A stretch of 64,000 nucleotides of DNA from Heptranchias perlo (Eukaryota): assembly GCF_035084215.1 (NCBI RefSeq), contig NC_090327.1, positions 121,706,001 to 121,770,000 of the forward strand. Reading direction: 5' to 3'. The notes below the pieces were generated by a model. That model searched no databases and was not told the DNA's origin. It was given only the letters and a program-made list of their open reading frames with translations. Made by a program: the position numbers and the translations under genes. Positions 11,436-25,244 of the stretch are shown piece by piece (the first letter of the stretch is position 1; each line of letters begins with the position of its first letter).

Positions 11436-13142
11436 TCACCGACCCGTTTGCCAATTCTCCTGCTCTTTACTGTGTGCTATATTTTGAGTTCTGATGCATT
11501 TGCACTAATGCAAAACAGAGCACCCAGCCGATGTCTGCATTAATAGTTTTCTTCGTACGGATGCGGAGGTTGTAATATAAACACGCAGTGGGGCTATACC
11601 TGTATACAAAGACATGTCGTGACGCAGCCAGGAGGAGCCAGTATCGCACTGCTTAGGTTCCACATTACTTGGAAAGTAAATCCAGTGCAGAGTCATATCG
11701 AGTTTAAAAAGAGCCCAATTAAAACATTTAAATTAACTCAAGGCCAGTTTAAGAGTGCGGACACTTCTCCCTCCCACCCCACTTAAATAAGTAAAATTTA
11801 ACTGCTGCTAGGAGCTCTACAAATGGACAAAACTCTCTCCAGAGTTGGACCTTTTTTGATGGACCAATAAGGGTGACTCTGGTTTGCCCCAGGGTCACCA
11901 AACAAAAAAAATCACATCAAGTGCCCCTTTTAGAGCATGACTACTATTGGATGGTCTAATCAAACTAAAAAGATGCCAACATAAGCATCAAGTCCCACCA
12001 AAAACAAAGAGATACCTTCCCAACTAATTCAGGTTGCTATTATCGATGTCTACAAGACACTCTATACCCTGCGGTGCTCATCGGTTGCCAAGGACTCAAT
12101 AGTAAACTGGGCAGATAACTAAGGAGTGAGCAAATGTGAAGATCAATGGAGACCGCGAGATGCAAAAAGGCCACGTTAGGTTCAATACCCTGCAGATTAT
12201 GGTTGTTAGCTCGAGAGGGGTGGGGAGGAATGCCCTTTAAAAGGTCTGAAGGGCATCCAACTAATCAGAATGGGTCCAGAGGACATTGGAGTCAATTTGC
12301 ATCAGGGTCAATATGGTTTCTTACACCCTCTGCACATGGGAAGGTTCAAGGAAAGTGTCCGTTTTAAATGGTGAGTAAAATGGAAATCCGTTAATCTTCT
12401 CACTCCACTATATGTTGGCCTATGTCACGATTGGGCCCGCCTAAGTCATGAGTCGCAGAGGATCAACTTAGCTCCAATCACTTATCACCATATTTATCAG
12501 CTGGGAGCTGAACTGACTCCAGGAACTTTGTTCGCCCTCCTCCGAGGAGGAGAGTCATTAATTTGCTTTTAGACATCTGATGAGTAGGGATCGGAGCCCT
12601 TGCTAGATAAATAACAGGTACCAGCAACTGCTTCAAACAGCAGTCAGATTAACTCACCATAAAATGTGAGAGAATTGCCAGCATCGTCTTGACTACAGTA
12701 TGAACATACGTCATTTCCTATCAAATGGGCTTCCACAGCTAGAGATATAGCTTTACCAAGAACTGATCATCTCACTGCAACCAACTAAGAGGAGCATTGA
12801 ATCGTGGATATACGGGTGTGTATTTACACACTGGGCATAAGTAATGCCTTCCACCAGTTTTCATTTCAAGACTCAAAGTTTCCTCCAGCTATATGATGGA
12901 CATCTTCCTTCAGCAATGGAGAATACCTAACACAGAAATGCTTACAGTGCTTCAGTCATATCAATAATCTAAAATATACAAGTTCAATGGCATGTACCAG
13001 CCTTAGTCCTCGCCAACAGTTTAATCCAGGTCCTCGGCTTTGTCAAAAGGACATCTCCATCTTGAAGATGACTCCCCCTCGAGGATGTTGATTGACAGAA
13101 GACTTGTCTCTCAGGAACCATTCCCCCATTGCCACTAACCTT

Positions 13143-14225
13143 AAGAACATAGGAACAGGAGTAGGCCATTCAGCCCCTCGTGCCTGCTCCACCATTTGAT
13201 AAGATCATGGCTGATCTGTGATCTAACTCCATATACCTGCCTTTGACCCATATTCCTTAATAGCTTTGGTTGCCAAAAAGCTATCTATCTCACATTTAAA
13301 TTTAGCAATTGAGCTAGTATCAATTGCCGTTTGCGGAAGAGAGTTCCAAACTTTTACCACCCTTTGTGTGTAGAAATGTTTTCTAATCTCACTCCTGAAA
13401 GGTCTGGCTCTAATTTTTAGACTGTGCCCCCTACTCCTAGGGGAAATAATTTCTCTCCATCCACCCTATCAGTTCCCCTTATTATCTTATAAACTTCGAT
13501 GAGATCACCCCTTAACCTTCGAAACTCTAGAGAATACAACCCCAATTTGTGTAATCTCTCCTCATAACTTAACCCTTAAAGTCTGAGTATCATTCTAGTA
13601 AACCTACGCTGCACTCCCTCCAAGGCCAATATGTCCTTCCGAAGGTACGGTGCCCAGAACTGCTCAGAGTACTCCAGGTGCAGTCTAACCAGGGTTTTGT
13701 ATAGCTGAAGCATAACTTCTGCCCCCTTGTACTCTAATCCTCTAGATATAAAGGCCAGCATTCCATTAGCCTTCTTGATTATTTTCTGCACCTGTTCATG
13801 ACACTTCAATGAACTATGTACCTGTACCTCATAGTCCCTTTGGACATCCACTGTTTTTAACTTTTTACCATTTAGAAAGTACCCTGTTCTATCCTTTTTT
13901 GATCCAAAGTGGATGACTTCACATTTGTCTACATTGAATTCCATTTGCCACAGTTTTGCCCATTCACCTAATCTATCAATATCGCGACTAATTTAATTTT
14001 ATGTTTTCATTTACACTGTTTACAATACCACCAATCTTTGTGTCATCGGCAAACATAGATATGAGACTTTCTATGCCTTAATTTATTCATTAATAAATAT
14101 TGTGAATAATTGAGGCCCCAAGACAGATCCCTGCGGGACTCCACTAGTCACATCCTGCCAATATGAGTATCTACCCATTATCGGCTTTCGCTCAGCCAAC
14201 TTCCTAACCAAGTCCGTACTTTTCC
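13143..14225 (-). mobile_element. CR1 LINE 3' fragment
   Basis: ORF 13576..13944(-) MEFNVDKCEVIHFG...; CR1 tail at 13143. Confidence 0.85.
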
Positions 14226-14317
14226 CTCGATTCTATCGCACAACTTGACCTAAGATATTGCATGGTGACCAAAGGAAGACCTTCCATTTGACACATAGGA
14301 GCTCTGTATCATAGTTA

Positions 14318-14770
14318 AGAAACATAAGAAATAGGGGCAGGAGTGGGCCCCTCGAGCCTGCTCCAACATTCATTAAGATCATGGCTGATCTTTAACCTCA
14401 ACTCCACTTTCGCGCCCAATCCCCATATCCATTGATTCCCTTAGAGTCCAAAAATCTATCGATCTCAGTTTTGAATATACTCAACGACTGAGCAGCCACA
14501 GCCCTCTGGGGTAGAGAATTCCAAATATTCACGACCCTCTGAGTGAAGAAATTCCTCCATCACAGTCCTAAATGTCCGACCCGTCACCCTGAGACCATAT
14601 CCCCTAGTTCTAGAATTTCCAGCCAGGGGAAACATCCATTAAGCATTCACCCTGTCGCGCACTCTTAGAATCTTATATTTTTCCATGAGTTCACTTATCA
14701 TTCTTCTAAACTCCAGGCAGTATAGGCCCATTTTAATCAATCTCTCCTCATAGAACAACCCTCTCATCTT
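14318..14770 (-). mobile_element. CR1 3' fragment at the left boundary of cassette 1
   Basis: aacataagaaatagg tail and ORF2 C-terminus. Confidence 0.8.
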
Positions 14771-15354
14771 AAAGAACTATTCGACACACATCTTATATTC
14801 CATAAGGTTAACCTGCATTGTCATTAAAGAAAACCCCATCTCAGCTAACTCACAAATAAGTGTGTCTAAGCTAAAGTTGGCATCACCAGCACGTCCAGTT
14901 ACTGCTGCATCAAAAATTGGAACAGATGCACCTTGCATATTCCCGTCAATGTCTTTGAGATCTTCTCCTGAGCTGTGCAGAGACATTGTATCTCACCAGG
15001 GGCATTCACCACCAACTCCCACCAGAGTAGCACGTGATCACCATGCGAATCTGTATGCAACACATGATCTACGAATAGATCGCCACAATTCTTTCACAAA
15101 AGCATGGAACAGACAGAGACAAAAATGGATTAAACAATCCCAAAATGTGACACTAGATATGACCAGTTGGAGCTCCAGCCAGAAATCCTGTCCGGGAAAC
15201 CCATGGATTTCCATCTATCAAAATTAATGAGAGCATGCAAACAGGAAGTTACTTTCAAGTGTTTAGAAAGTGACACATATCCAAATACCTATCCTGTATG
15301 TCTTAATAATTAGAGAATATCATAGTCCATTGGTGGGGCATCTTGGCTTAATTA

Positions 15355-15655
15355 TCTTCTCACCCCTTTCACAAAGGCAGCACGCCCCTTAGCTCTTTCC
15401 CCCCTGAGCCATTTCTCCCCACCCCCATTCCCAATTGGTGCGGCATCTTGGCTTAATTAGATTATCTCCCCTTTCATAAAGGCAGCTCGCACCTTAGCTC
15501 CATACCCCTTCAATCATCTGTCCCCACCCCCATTCTCCAGGGGACACCCTCCCCTTAACCATTTCTCCCCACCCCCATTCCCAAGGGCACACCCTCCCCT
15601 TAACCATTTCTACCCATTCACGAGGGCTTTCACTCCCCTGAACCATCTCTACCCG
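15355..15655. repeat. C-rich ~45-bp tandem units (shorter copies at ~27885-28030 and ~38478-38622)
   Basis: Repeated ccccttaaccatttctccccacccccattcc. Confidence 0.75.
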
Positions 15656-16248
15656 TGAGCGGTTCGGTGAGACGTTCGCTGAGCGATTGGTGAGAAAGTA
15701 AAAATCACCAAAACAATGAACCTTTAATTCAGATAAATGCGGGTTTGGATCATTCGTTTATTTGTCAAATGAAAATAAAAATATATTCAGTAATCTAACA
15801 CTCGGGAGAGTGAAACAAATTCACTGTTAAGTTTGATCCAGACTTGGAGAAAGTTTTGTTTCCTCTCCCAGTCTCTGCCTCTCCTGTCTGACTGCACACA
15901 TCTCCCAGCTGGTTCAAGCAAACAAGACAACTCGGAGCAATTAATTTCTTATTCAAAAGTGAACAATCCTAAATTGAATCTTGCATTCACAATTTCCGCG
16001 GGTGTATAACCAATGGAAATAAATGAAATACAATAGAACGAGGTGAATATCACAGAGAGAGTAACCGGCCTCACATTTGATAATGAAGAGTGAACTGGAA
16101 ACTGGGCGGGTTTTATGCCGACAGGAAACTCGCGTCCTTGGACTGATTGGGCGATGGTGGGGGGAGGGGGCGGTGGAGGGACTCGGGTCTTTACATTTAT
16201 AACCGTGGGGGTTAACCATCGAGTACTGCGCGGATCGGTCACTGCACG

Positions 16249-16665
16249 ATGTTCTGGGTGATTGTGGCCCTATTTTTACCATGTACGTCTTTCTGTTTGT
16301 TTATTTATTTATGAGTTATGTATTTAGAATTTTCATTATTTTGAAGTCAGGTAATTTTGTGCATTTTTTCCAGGGGATTGTTTTGCTGGGACCGTGACAC
16401 AGACTCCGATATCGATTACAAAACTCCCCAATAAAAGCGTCAGACTTAAGTGTGTGGTGAACGCACAGAGCAGCGCGACCCATTGGTATCAGCACCGGCC
16501 GGGTCAGGAGCTCACCAGAATACTCTATTACGACACCAGCTCCGTTCGGGAATCGGATTTCAGCGCCAGGTTCAAAGCAGAAAAGAACGACAATACGTAC
16601 ATTTTAATAATCAATAACATCCAGGAGACAGACACTGCCACTTATTACTGTGCCTATTGGGACAG
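16249..16665 (+). CDS. TRGV: TCR gamma V segment V3 (leader 16249-16282, intron 16283-16373, V exon 16374-16665); family A, cassette 1
   Basis: MFWVIVALFLPWDCFAGTVTQTPISITKLPNKSVRLKCVVNAQSSATHWYQH...DTATYYCAYWD. Donor GTACGT, acceptor ttttccAG. Confidence 0.92.
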
Positions 16666-16704
16666 CACAGTGTTCAACAGAGACAGGAACCCTTAACAAA
16701 AACC
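16666..16704 (+). other. 23-RSS of V3 (CACAGTG-23-ACAAAAACC)
   Basis: Consensus heptamer and nonamer, 23-nt spacer. Confidence 0.95.
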
Positions 16705-16904
16705 CTGCGCCTGAGCTCCCTCCTCCTCCGACACAAACAACTTGCATTTATATAATGCCTTTAACGTAGTAAAACTTCACAATGCGCTTCACGGGAGAAT
16801 AACGAGGCAAAATTTGACACCGAATCAGACTTAAATCAGCCACGGTATCTTTTGTGGCTCATATTTAATGTTTCAAATGTAAAAATATTAAATTCTGGCA
16901 GTCT

Positions 16905-17350
16905 CAAATTTGTTCAGGGCTTGAAGGGTTAAAGAATGAGGACAGGTTGCTTAAACTTGGCTTGTATTCCCTTGAGTTTAAATGATCGAGGGGTGAACTG
17001 ATTGAGGTGTTTAAAATGAGAAAATGATTGGATAGGGTCGATAGTGAGGAACGATTTCCTCTGGTATCGGATTGGAGAACAAGGGGGCATAACCTTAAAA
17101 TTAGAGCTACCCCGTTCAGGGGTGATGTCAGGAATGATGTCTTCACACAAAGGCGAGTGGAAATCTGGAACTCTCTCCCCCAAAATGCTGTCGATCCTTG
17201 GGATCAATTGGAGCTTTCTATACTGAGATGGATAGATTTTTATTGGGTAAGGATATCAAGGGATGTGGAGCAAAGCTGGGTAAATGGAGTTGAGGAATAA
17301 ATCAGCCATGATCTGACTGAATGCAGAATAGGCTTGAGAGGCTGAATGGT
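16905..17350 (+). mobile_element. CR1 3' fragment (paralogous copies ~29255-29700 and ~39870-40325)
   Basis: ORF 17028..17300 DRVDSEERFPL...RTRGH. Confidence 0.8.
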
Positions 17351-17442
17351 TCTCTCAAAGAGTCATCAACAACTCCATTATCATTGTATCATGGGACTTC
17401 CAGAATGGTAGAAGGCGAACTAGATGGATCTTGGTCTTTTCT

Positions 17443-20255
17443 ACATAAGAATATAAGAACATAAGAAATAGGAGCAGGAGTAGGCCAATCGGCCCCTCGA
17501 GCCTGCTCCGCCATTCAATAAGATCATGGATGATCTGATCCTAACCTCAAATCTAAATTCATGTCTCATTTCCTGCCCGCTCCCCGTAACCCCTAATTCC
17601 CTTTACTTCTAGGAAACTGTCTATTTCTGTTTTAAATTTATTTAATGATGTCGCTTCCACAGCTTCCTGGGGCAGCAAATTCCACAGACCTACTACCCTC
17701 TGAGTGAAGAAGTTTCTCCTCATCTCAGTTTTGAAAGAGCAGCCCCTTATTCTAAGATTATGCCCCCTAGTTCTAGTTTCACGCATCCTTGGGAACATCC
17801 TTACTGCATCCACCCGATCAAGCCCCTTGGCAATCTTATATGTTTCAGTAAGATGGCCTCTCATTCTTCTGAACTCCAATGAGTAGAGTCCCAATCTACT
17901 CAACCTCTCCTCATATGTCCACCCCCTCATCCCCGGGATTAACCGAGTGAACCTTCTTTGTACTGCCTCGAGAGCAAGTATGTCTTTTCTTAAGTATGGA
18001 CACCAAAACTGTATGCAGTATTCCAGGTGCGGTCTCACCAATACCTTATATAACTGCAGCAATACCTCCCTGTTTTTATATTCTATCCCCCTAGCAATAA
18101 AAGCCAACATTCCGTTGGCCTTCTTGATCACCTGCTGCACCTGCATACTAACTTTTTGATTTTCTTGCACTAGGACCCTCAGATCCCTTTGTACTGCAGT
18201 ACTTTCCAGTTTCTCGCCATTAAGATAATAATTTGCTCTCTGATTTTTCCTGCCAAAATGTATAACCTAACATTTTCCAATATTGTATTGCATCTGCCAA
18301 ATCTCCGCCCACTCACCTAGCCTGTCTATAACCCCTAGTAGGTCTTTTATGTCCTCCTCACTCTCTACTTTCCCTCCCATCTTTGTATGATCTGCAAACT
18401 TTGATATGTTACACTCGGTCCCCTCCTCCAAATCGTTAATATAGATTGTAAAGAGTTGGGGACCCAGCACTGATCCCTGCGGAACGCCACTGGCTACTGG
18501 TTGCCAGTCCGAGAATGAACCATTTATCCCAACTCTCTGCTTCCTGTTAGATAACCAATCCTCCACCCATGCCAGAATATTACCTCCAATCCAGTGATTC
18601 TTTATCTTGAGCAATAATCTTTTATGTGGCACCTTGTCGAATGCCTTCTGGAAGTCTAAATACACTACGTCCACTGGTTCCCCTTTATCCACCCTGTACG
18701 TTATGTCCTCAAAGAACTCAAGCAAATTTGTCAGACATAACTTCCCCTTCGTAAAGCGATGCTGACTTTGTCCTATTAAATTAGGTTTATCCAAATGTTC
18801 TGCTACTGTCTCCTTAATAGTAGACTCCAAAATTTTACCCACCTCAGATGTTAGGCTAACTGGTCTATAATTTCCAGCCTTCTGCCTACTACCCTTTTTA
18901 AATAATGGTGTTACATTAGCAGTTTTCCAATCTGCCGGGACCTTTGCCGAGTCCAGAGAATTTTGGAAAATTATTACCAAAGCATCCACAACCCCTACTG
19001 CCACTTCTCTCAAGACCCTAGGATGTAAGCCATCAGGTCCAGGTGATTTATCCGCCTTGAGTCCCATTAATTTACTGAGTACCAATTCCTTAGTGATTTT
19101 AATCGTATTTAGCTTGTCCCCCACTAGAGCCCCCTGTTTGTCCAGTGTTGGGATATTCTTAGTGTCCTCAACCGTAAAGACTGAAACAAAATATTTGTTC
19201 AGCATTTTTGCCATCTCCATGTTTCCCACCATTAATTTCCTGGTCTCATCCTCTAAGGGACCTACGTTTGCCTTAGCCACCCTTTTACTTTTTATATAAC
19301 TGTAGAAACTCTTGCTATCTGTTTTTATATGTTTTGCTAATTTATTTTCATAATCTATCTTCCCTTTCTTAATCAATCCTTTAGTTACATTTTGCTGTCT
19401 TTTGAAGACTTCCCAATCTTCTATCCTCCCACTAAGTCTGGCTACCTTATATGTCCTTGTTTTTAGTTGGATACTATCCTTAATTTCTTTACTTAGTCAC
19501 GGATGGCTGTCATTTCTTTTACACCCTTTTTTCCTCAGTGGAATATATATTTTTTGAAAGTTGTAAAATAACTCCTTAAATGAACACCACTGCTCATGTA
19601 CCGTCTTACCCTTTAATCTATTTTCCCAGTCCACTTTAATAAATTCTGCTCTCATACCATCATAGTCTCCTTTATTCAAGCTCAGTACGCTTGTTTGAGA
19701 ACCAACCTTCTCACCCTCTAATTGGATATGGAATGTAACCATGTTATGGTCACTCATTCCAAGGGGATCCTTAACTAGGACATTATTAATTAATCCTGGC
19801 TCATTACACAGGACCAGTTCCAAGGTTGCTTGCCCCCTTGTAGGATCAGTTACATACTGCTCAAGAAATCCATCCCTAATACACTCAATAAACTCTTCCT
19901 CAAGGCTGCCCTGCCCAATTTGATTTGTCCAGTTAATATGATACTTAAAATCCCCCATAATTATAGCTGTTCCCTTATTACATGCCCCGACTATTTCCTG
20001 ATTAATACTTCTTCCAGCAGAGTTGCAACTATTAGGAGGCCTATATACTACGCCCACTAGTGTTTTTTCCCCTTATTATTCCTTATCTCTACCCAAACTG
20101 TTTCATTATCCTGATCCTTTGTCCCAATATCATTTCTCTGTATTACAGTGATTCCTTCCTTTATTAACATAGCCACCCCACCTCCCCTTCCTTCCTGCCT
20201 GTCCTTCCTGATTATTAAATACCCTGGCATATTTAATTCCTAGTCGTTGTCACCC
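17443..20255 (-). mobile_element. Young 5'-truncated CR1, cassette 1 only, possible TTCT target-site duplication
   Basis: Long ORF2 segments (endonuclease part and RT); empty site ggtcttttctcgtctaac at ~40406. Confidence 0.92.
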
Positions 20256-20426
20256 TTCTCGTCTAACAATTTCTATGTTTCTATAATAAAATAGGCCAGT
20301 TCACAAAAACATCTTCAAAATCTCTTTCTTTAACTTTTGTAATTCCACCAACTCTTCCACCACTGGTGTTTACCTCCTTTGTTACCTCCCAAGGCATATT
20401 TTCCACATTAATGACACAATATAGGA

Positions 20427-21465
20427 TCATAGAATCATAGAATGGTTACAGCACAGAATGAGGCCATTCAGACCTTCGAGTCCATGCCGGCTCTCTGCAA
20501 GATCAATCCAGCTACTCAAACTCCCCCACCCCATCCCATTAACCCTGCAAGTTAATTCCCTTCAAGTACTTCTCCAATGCCCTTTTGAAAGCCATGATTG
20601 AATCAGCCTCCACCACCCCCTCGGGCACTGCATTCCAGATCCTAACCACTCTCTGGGTAAAAAGATTTCTCTTCATGTCACCTTTGGTTCTTTTGCCAAT
20701 CACCTTAAATCCATGTCCTCTGGTTCTCGACCCTTCTGCCAATGAGAACAGTTTCTCTCTCTCTAATCTGTCTGGACCTTTTATGATTTTGTATACCTCT
20801 ATCAAATCTCCTCTCAACCTTCACTGCTCTAAGGAGAACAGCCCCAGCTTCTCCAGTCTATCCACATAACTGACTCATTCTAGTAAATCTCTCCTGCATC
20901 CTCTCTATGGCCGTCACATCCTTCCACAAGTGCGGCGCTTTATCCAACTTTTGGAAGTCCATATAGACCACATCAACCACTTTGCCCTAATCGACCCTCT
21001 CTGTTATCTCATCAAAAAACTCAATCAAGTTAGTTAAACACAATTTGCCTTTAACAAATCTCTGCTGGCTTTCCTTAATTAATCCACACTTATTCCAGTG
21101 ACTGTTAATTTTGTACCAGATTATCTTTTCCAAAAGTTTCCCCACTACCAAGGTTAAACTGACTCTGGCCTGCAGTTGCTGGGTTTATCCTTTCACCCTT
21201 TTTTGAACAAGGGTGTAACATTTGCAATTCTCCAGTCCTCTGGCACCAATCCCGTATCTACAGATGATTGTTAGATTATGGCCAGTAGCTCTGCAATTTC
21301 CACCCTTACTTCCCTCAGCAACCTAGGATGCATTCCATTTGGACAGATTGACTTATCTATTTTAAGTACAGCTAGTCTTTCTAGTACCTCTTCTTGATCA
21401 ATTTTTAGCCCATCCAGTAACTCAACTACCTCCTCTTTAAAGACAGATGCAAAGTACTCATTTAG
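20427..21465 (-). mobile_element. CR1 fragment with internal deletion (paralogues 29958-31675 and 40590-41924 plus 46601-46949)
   Basis: catagaat tail repeats; RT fragments. Confidence 0.8.
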
Positions 21466-22185
21466 TATATACAAGTTGTTGCCATATAAATTTGTAGGTG
21501 AGACAGGTTGTGAACCGTCGCTATGAACAGCTAGAATTGATAACACGAAATCTGTTTTCCAAACGGTATTTGAAAATTATTCTACTATTCCTAGAAACTG
21601 ATGCAGTCTTCCTGTCTCTTTACCAAACTTCCACTCATACAATGCGCACATTTTTTTCATTGCTGAAAAATAGGGTCTTCGGAAGGAGACATCATCTAAG
21701 ATTGTTAACAGACACGGACAGAAAAAGGGTTAAATCTATTTTCAAAAGTACAACGGAATTGTACACAGAATCTCTTGCAGTTAGTTTCCCTTCTGGAATG
21801 AAAGCTGGTTCTCAAGAAGAGACACGAACCGATGAGATAATCTGGTCTAGTATCAGACGGTCAATACATGGAATATGACATGGCGGTGTGCGGAAGCCCA
21901 GTGAGGTGGGTCCAGGGATGTCGAATGAGGAAGATAAGATGAAAGGGAAAGTGAAGGGAAAGCATTATGAGATTAAAGTTATCTCACTCATGTTAATCAA
22001 AAGTATAACTTCACCCAATGGCCAACCAACCGCACCTTAAACTGTTTTTTTTAACTCGGAGGCTCGCACTTTCCAGAGAGCCGCTGTTAAACCGAACACT
22101 TCATTCCCCCATGAATAAAACGGCGCGCAACAGAATGTTGCAAATACTGTAATCGATCAGGGCGACTAGAAAGGGGAAAAGGAGA

Positions 22186-22273
22186 GGGCGGGGCGGGTTT
22201 AAAACGGGAAGGAATGTCTCACTGATTGGGTTGAGAGAAGCGAGTCATTTCCTTTCAGATTCTCACCATCTGG
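22186..22273 (+). promoter_or_regulatory. V4 promoter: GC box, reverse CCAAT (ATTGG), ATTTCCT, E-box CATCTG
   Basis: Motifs read directly; repeated upstream of V6 and V8 and partly shared with V3/V5/V7 and V9. Confidence 0.55.
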
Positions 22274-22318
22274 TTGAGTGAATCGTTCATAATCCAGTAG
22301 CGGAGTGAACAGAGCGAC

Positions 22319-22758
22319 ATGTCGCTGCATTACTGGGTCATTGTGCTGACAGTGTTGCCCTGTATGTGTTTTTGATCCGTTATTCAGATGTTGTTATTCA
22401 GTCTCCTCTATCACACCGATCTTTTATCCGTATGTATTCTTTTTTCAGGCGGATGTTTTGCCCAAACCTTGACACAGCTTTACCCATCGGTTACCAGTTT
22501 AGCTGGTAAAACGGGTAGATTCCTCTGTGAAGTAAAAGGTGCATCGATCGACAGCAGTAATCCCATCCATTGGTACCAGCACAAACCCGGCCAGCCACCC
22601 ACCAGAATACTCTATTATAATGGGAAAACAACATCGCGGGATCCGGGATTTGATAACAGGTTTAAAGCGGGAACGAGTAAAGGCACCGAATTCCACCTAG
22701 CAATCGACCAAGTAAAAGCAGAGGAAGCGGCCACTTATTACTGTGCTCGCTGGGTAGA
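22319..22758 (+). CDS. TRGV: TCR gamma V segment V4 (leader 22319-22361, intron 22362-22448, V exon 22449-22758); family B, cassette 1
   Basis: MSLHYWVIVLTVLPCGCFAQTLTQLYPSVTSLAGKTGRFLC...NPIHWYQH...EAATYYCARWV. Donor GTATGT. Confidence 0.92.
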
Positions 22759-22797
22759 CACAGTGCGAAACAGATAAACAAACCCTGTACAAAAACC
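22759..22797 (+). other. 23-RSS of V4
   Basis: CACAGTG, 23 nt, ACAAAAACC. Confidence 0.95.
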
Positions 22798-23289
22798 CCG
22801 CACCACTCGAGCTTTAATTATCAGAGAAAGCCACAGACTCCTCGTTGATTCGGGAAAAGCAGCAGCGAAACCCCAGCTGGGTTTGTGGCTTAACCTTTTC
22901 TGCCTAAACCGATGAAATGCAAAGTCACCGGTTACCTGTCATTTTAATCTATTTGCTTCTTATGAAGTGCTCATGGAGTTAAAACTGTAAATGGGCTGCT
23001 GCATGACCTGAAAGTTCTCATGGAATTAAAACGCCGAAAGCTGCCCTTGTGGAAATTTCGCTGCCGCGGTATAAGATGGACCTGCTCTGCCGTGTTTAGT
23101 GAGGTTCCCCTGCGGGGTTTTATACTATAGAGGTGGTCCTTCAGAGACCGACTCCCATGGTGTGGATATTCGGCCACCAGGGGCCCGATGTTCCAGACCA
23201 GCGGCGAGGGAGCCGTCTTTCACACTGGGTGTTCCTGGCCAGCTCTGGCCCCATTGGGACAGCAAACGAGGCATCGCGGACAAACTTCC

Positions 23290-23905
23290 CCATTTCCTGG
23301 ACTTTATAAGTGGAAGCACTGAGCTTAAAAGCAAGGAAATGATGCTGAACCTGTATAAATCGCTGGTTTGGCCTCCGCTGGAGTGTTGTGTCCAATTCTG
23401 GGCACCACACGTTAGAAAGTATGTCAAGGCCTTGGAGAGGGTGCAAAAGAGATTTACCAATGTGGTATCAGAGATGAGGGACTTCGGTTAAGTGGAGAGA
23501 CTGGAGAAGCTGGGGTTGTTCTCCTTGGAACAGAAAAGGTTAAGGGGAGATTTATTAGAAGCGTTCAGAATTATGAAGGGTTTTGGTAGAGTAGACAGGG
23601 AGAAGCTATTTCCAGTGGCAGGAGGGTCGGTAACCGGAGGACACAGATTTAAAATAATTGACCAAAGAACCAGAGGGAGATGATCATTTTTTAATGCAGT
23701 GAGTTGTTATGATCTGGAATTCACTGCCTGAAAGGGTGGTGGAAGTACATTCAATAGTAACTTTCAAAATGGAATTGGATAAAGACTTGAAAAAGAAAAA
23801 AATGCTGGGCAGTGTGGAAAGAGCTGGGGAGTGGGATTAATTGGATAGCTGTTTCAAAGAGCCAGCACTGGCATGATGGGCTGAATGTCCTCCTTTGCTG
23901 TATAA
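23290..23905 (+). mobile_element. CR1 3' fragment (paralogues ~33530-34145 and ~49280-49900)
   Basis: LYKSLVWPPLECCVQFWAP motif. Confidence 0.8.
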
Positions 23906-24537
23906 TTCCAGCAGCTGTGCGTGATGTCACAACTCCCAACACTCCAAAATGTCACGGCCAGCCCCGGATTCGGGCCATGCAGCAGCCCATTTACAGGAAG
24001 AGCGGATGCACATTAAAAATAAATGGACGAGATCGCGTTAATTCGCTCTCCTGAGACCCAGGTCATCAGGTAAAAGTAGATGGAGACCCGGGCTAACACG
24101 GCCTGGTCCTGATCAATGGGCCCACGTCGGTGCACCTCCTCGGAATCACAATGACGTCACCCAGGGCCACCCACTTGTTGCCCAGATTGTGCAGGCCAGA
24201 GGCTCAGGATTCTGACCATAAAGAAAAAACTTGCATTTCTGTCACGCCTTTCACATCCTCAGGACCTCCCACAACATTCTGACTCAAAGGCGAGAGGTGC
24301 TGAGTAGTGAGCCAGGGGTGACACCTCTGTGTTATATTGTCCTTTGGAAAGTAGCTCTCAGTGAACAAGTTGAAAGCTCCAATCTGGACAGATGTTTCCA
24401 TATTTCACACCTCTCCCCGAATTCCCAATGGGAATATGGATAAACACCAAGAGATTTCTGAGCAGTCAATCATTGGAGCTTCTAGAAACTTTTTAAATAA
24501 TTGGACAGTTTCGCTAAAGTGGCAGAAACTTGGGCTA

Positions 24538-24990
24538 GAACATAAATAATAGGAGCAGGCGTAGACCATCTAGCCCCTCGAACCTGTTCCACCATTCAAT
24601 AAGATCATGGCTGATCATCGACCTCAATTCCACTTTACTGCCCAATCTCCACATCCCTTGATTCCCCTAGAGTCTGAAAACCTATCGACCTCATTCTTGA
24701 ATATACTCAATGACTGAGCATCTACAGCCCTCTGGAGTAGAGAATTCCAAATATTCATGACCCTTTGAGTGAAGAAATTCCTCCTCATCTCAGTCTTAAA
24801 TGTTCGACCTGAGACTATGTTCCCTAGTTCTAGACTCTCCAGCCAGAGAAAGCATCGTCTCAGCATTTACCCTGTCAAGCACTCTTAGAATCTTATATGT
24901 TTCCATGAGATCACCGCTCATTCTTCTAAACTCCAGACAGTATAGTCCCATTCTACTCAATCTCTCCTCATAGGACAACCCTCTCATCTT
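24538..24990 (-). mobile_element. CR1 3' fragment at the cassette 1/2 junction
   Basis: Left flank matches that of the 50834 copy; right flank matches that of the 14318 copy. Confidence 0.8.
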
Positions 24991-25244
24991 AAAGAACTAT
25001 TGGACACATGTCTTATATTCCAGAAGGTTAACTTCAATTGTTATTGAATAAATCCCCATCTCAGCAATGTCACCAAGAGGTGTGTCTAAGCTAATGTTGG
25101 CATCACTAGAACTTCCAGGTTCTGCTGCATCAATAATTGGAACAGATTCATCTTGCATATTCCTGTTAATGTCTTTGAGATCTCCTCCTGAGCTGTGCAG
25201 AGCTATTGTACCTCATCAGGGGTGCTCACCACCAACTCCCACCA

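Noticed and set aside
16646-16652. Cryptic TACTGTG heptamer in each V (V-replacement signal)
   Set aside because: It follows from the conserved Tyr-Cys-Ala codons; no independent support.
21498-21878. ORF recurring at 21498, 31708 and 47555
   Set aside because: Lengths and stops differ between copies and there is no recognisable domain; recurrence is explained by the triplication.
22388-22448. In-frame ATG and hydrophobic MLLFSLLY... extension in family B ORFs (also 32623, 48377)
   Set aside because: It lies within the leader intron; a canonical leader exon exists upstream, and conservation reflects recent duplication.
16249-22797. Alternating family A / family B V pairs as a NARTCR-like double-V system
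   Set aside because: Every V has its own leader and promoter, and no D or J lies between them; tandem duplication explains the alternation.
24152-24159. Full CRE TGACGTCA downstream of V4 (also ~34390)
   Set aside because: Not conserved in cassette 3 and far from any promoter; insufficient evidence.
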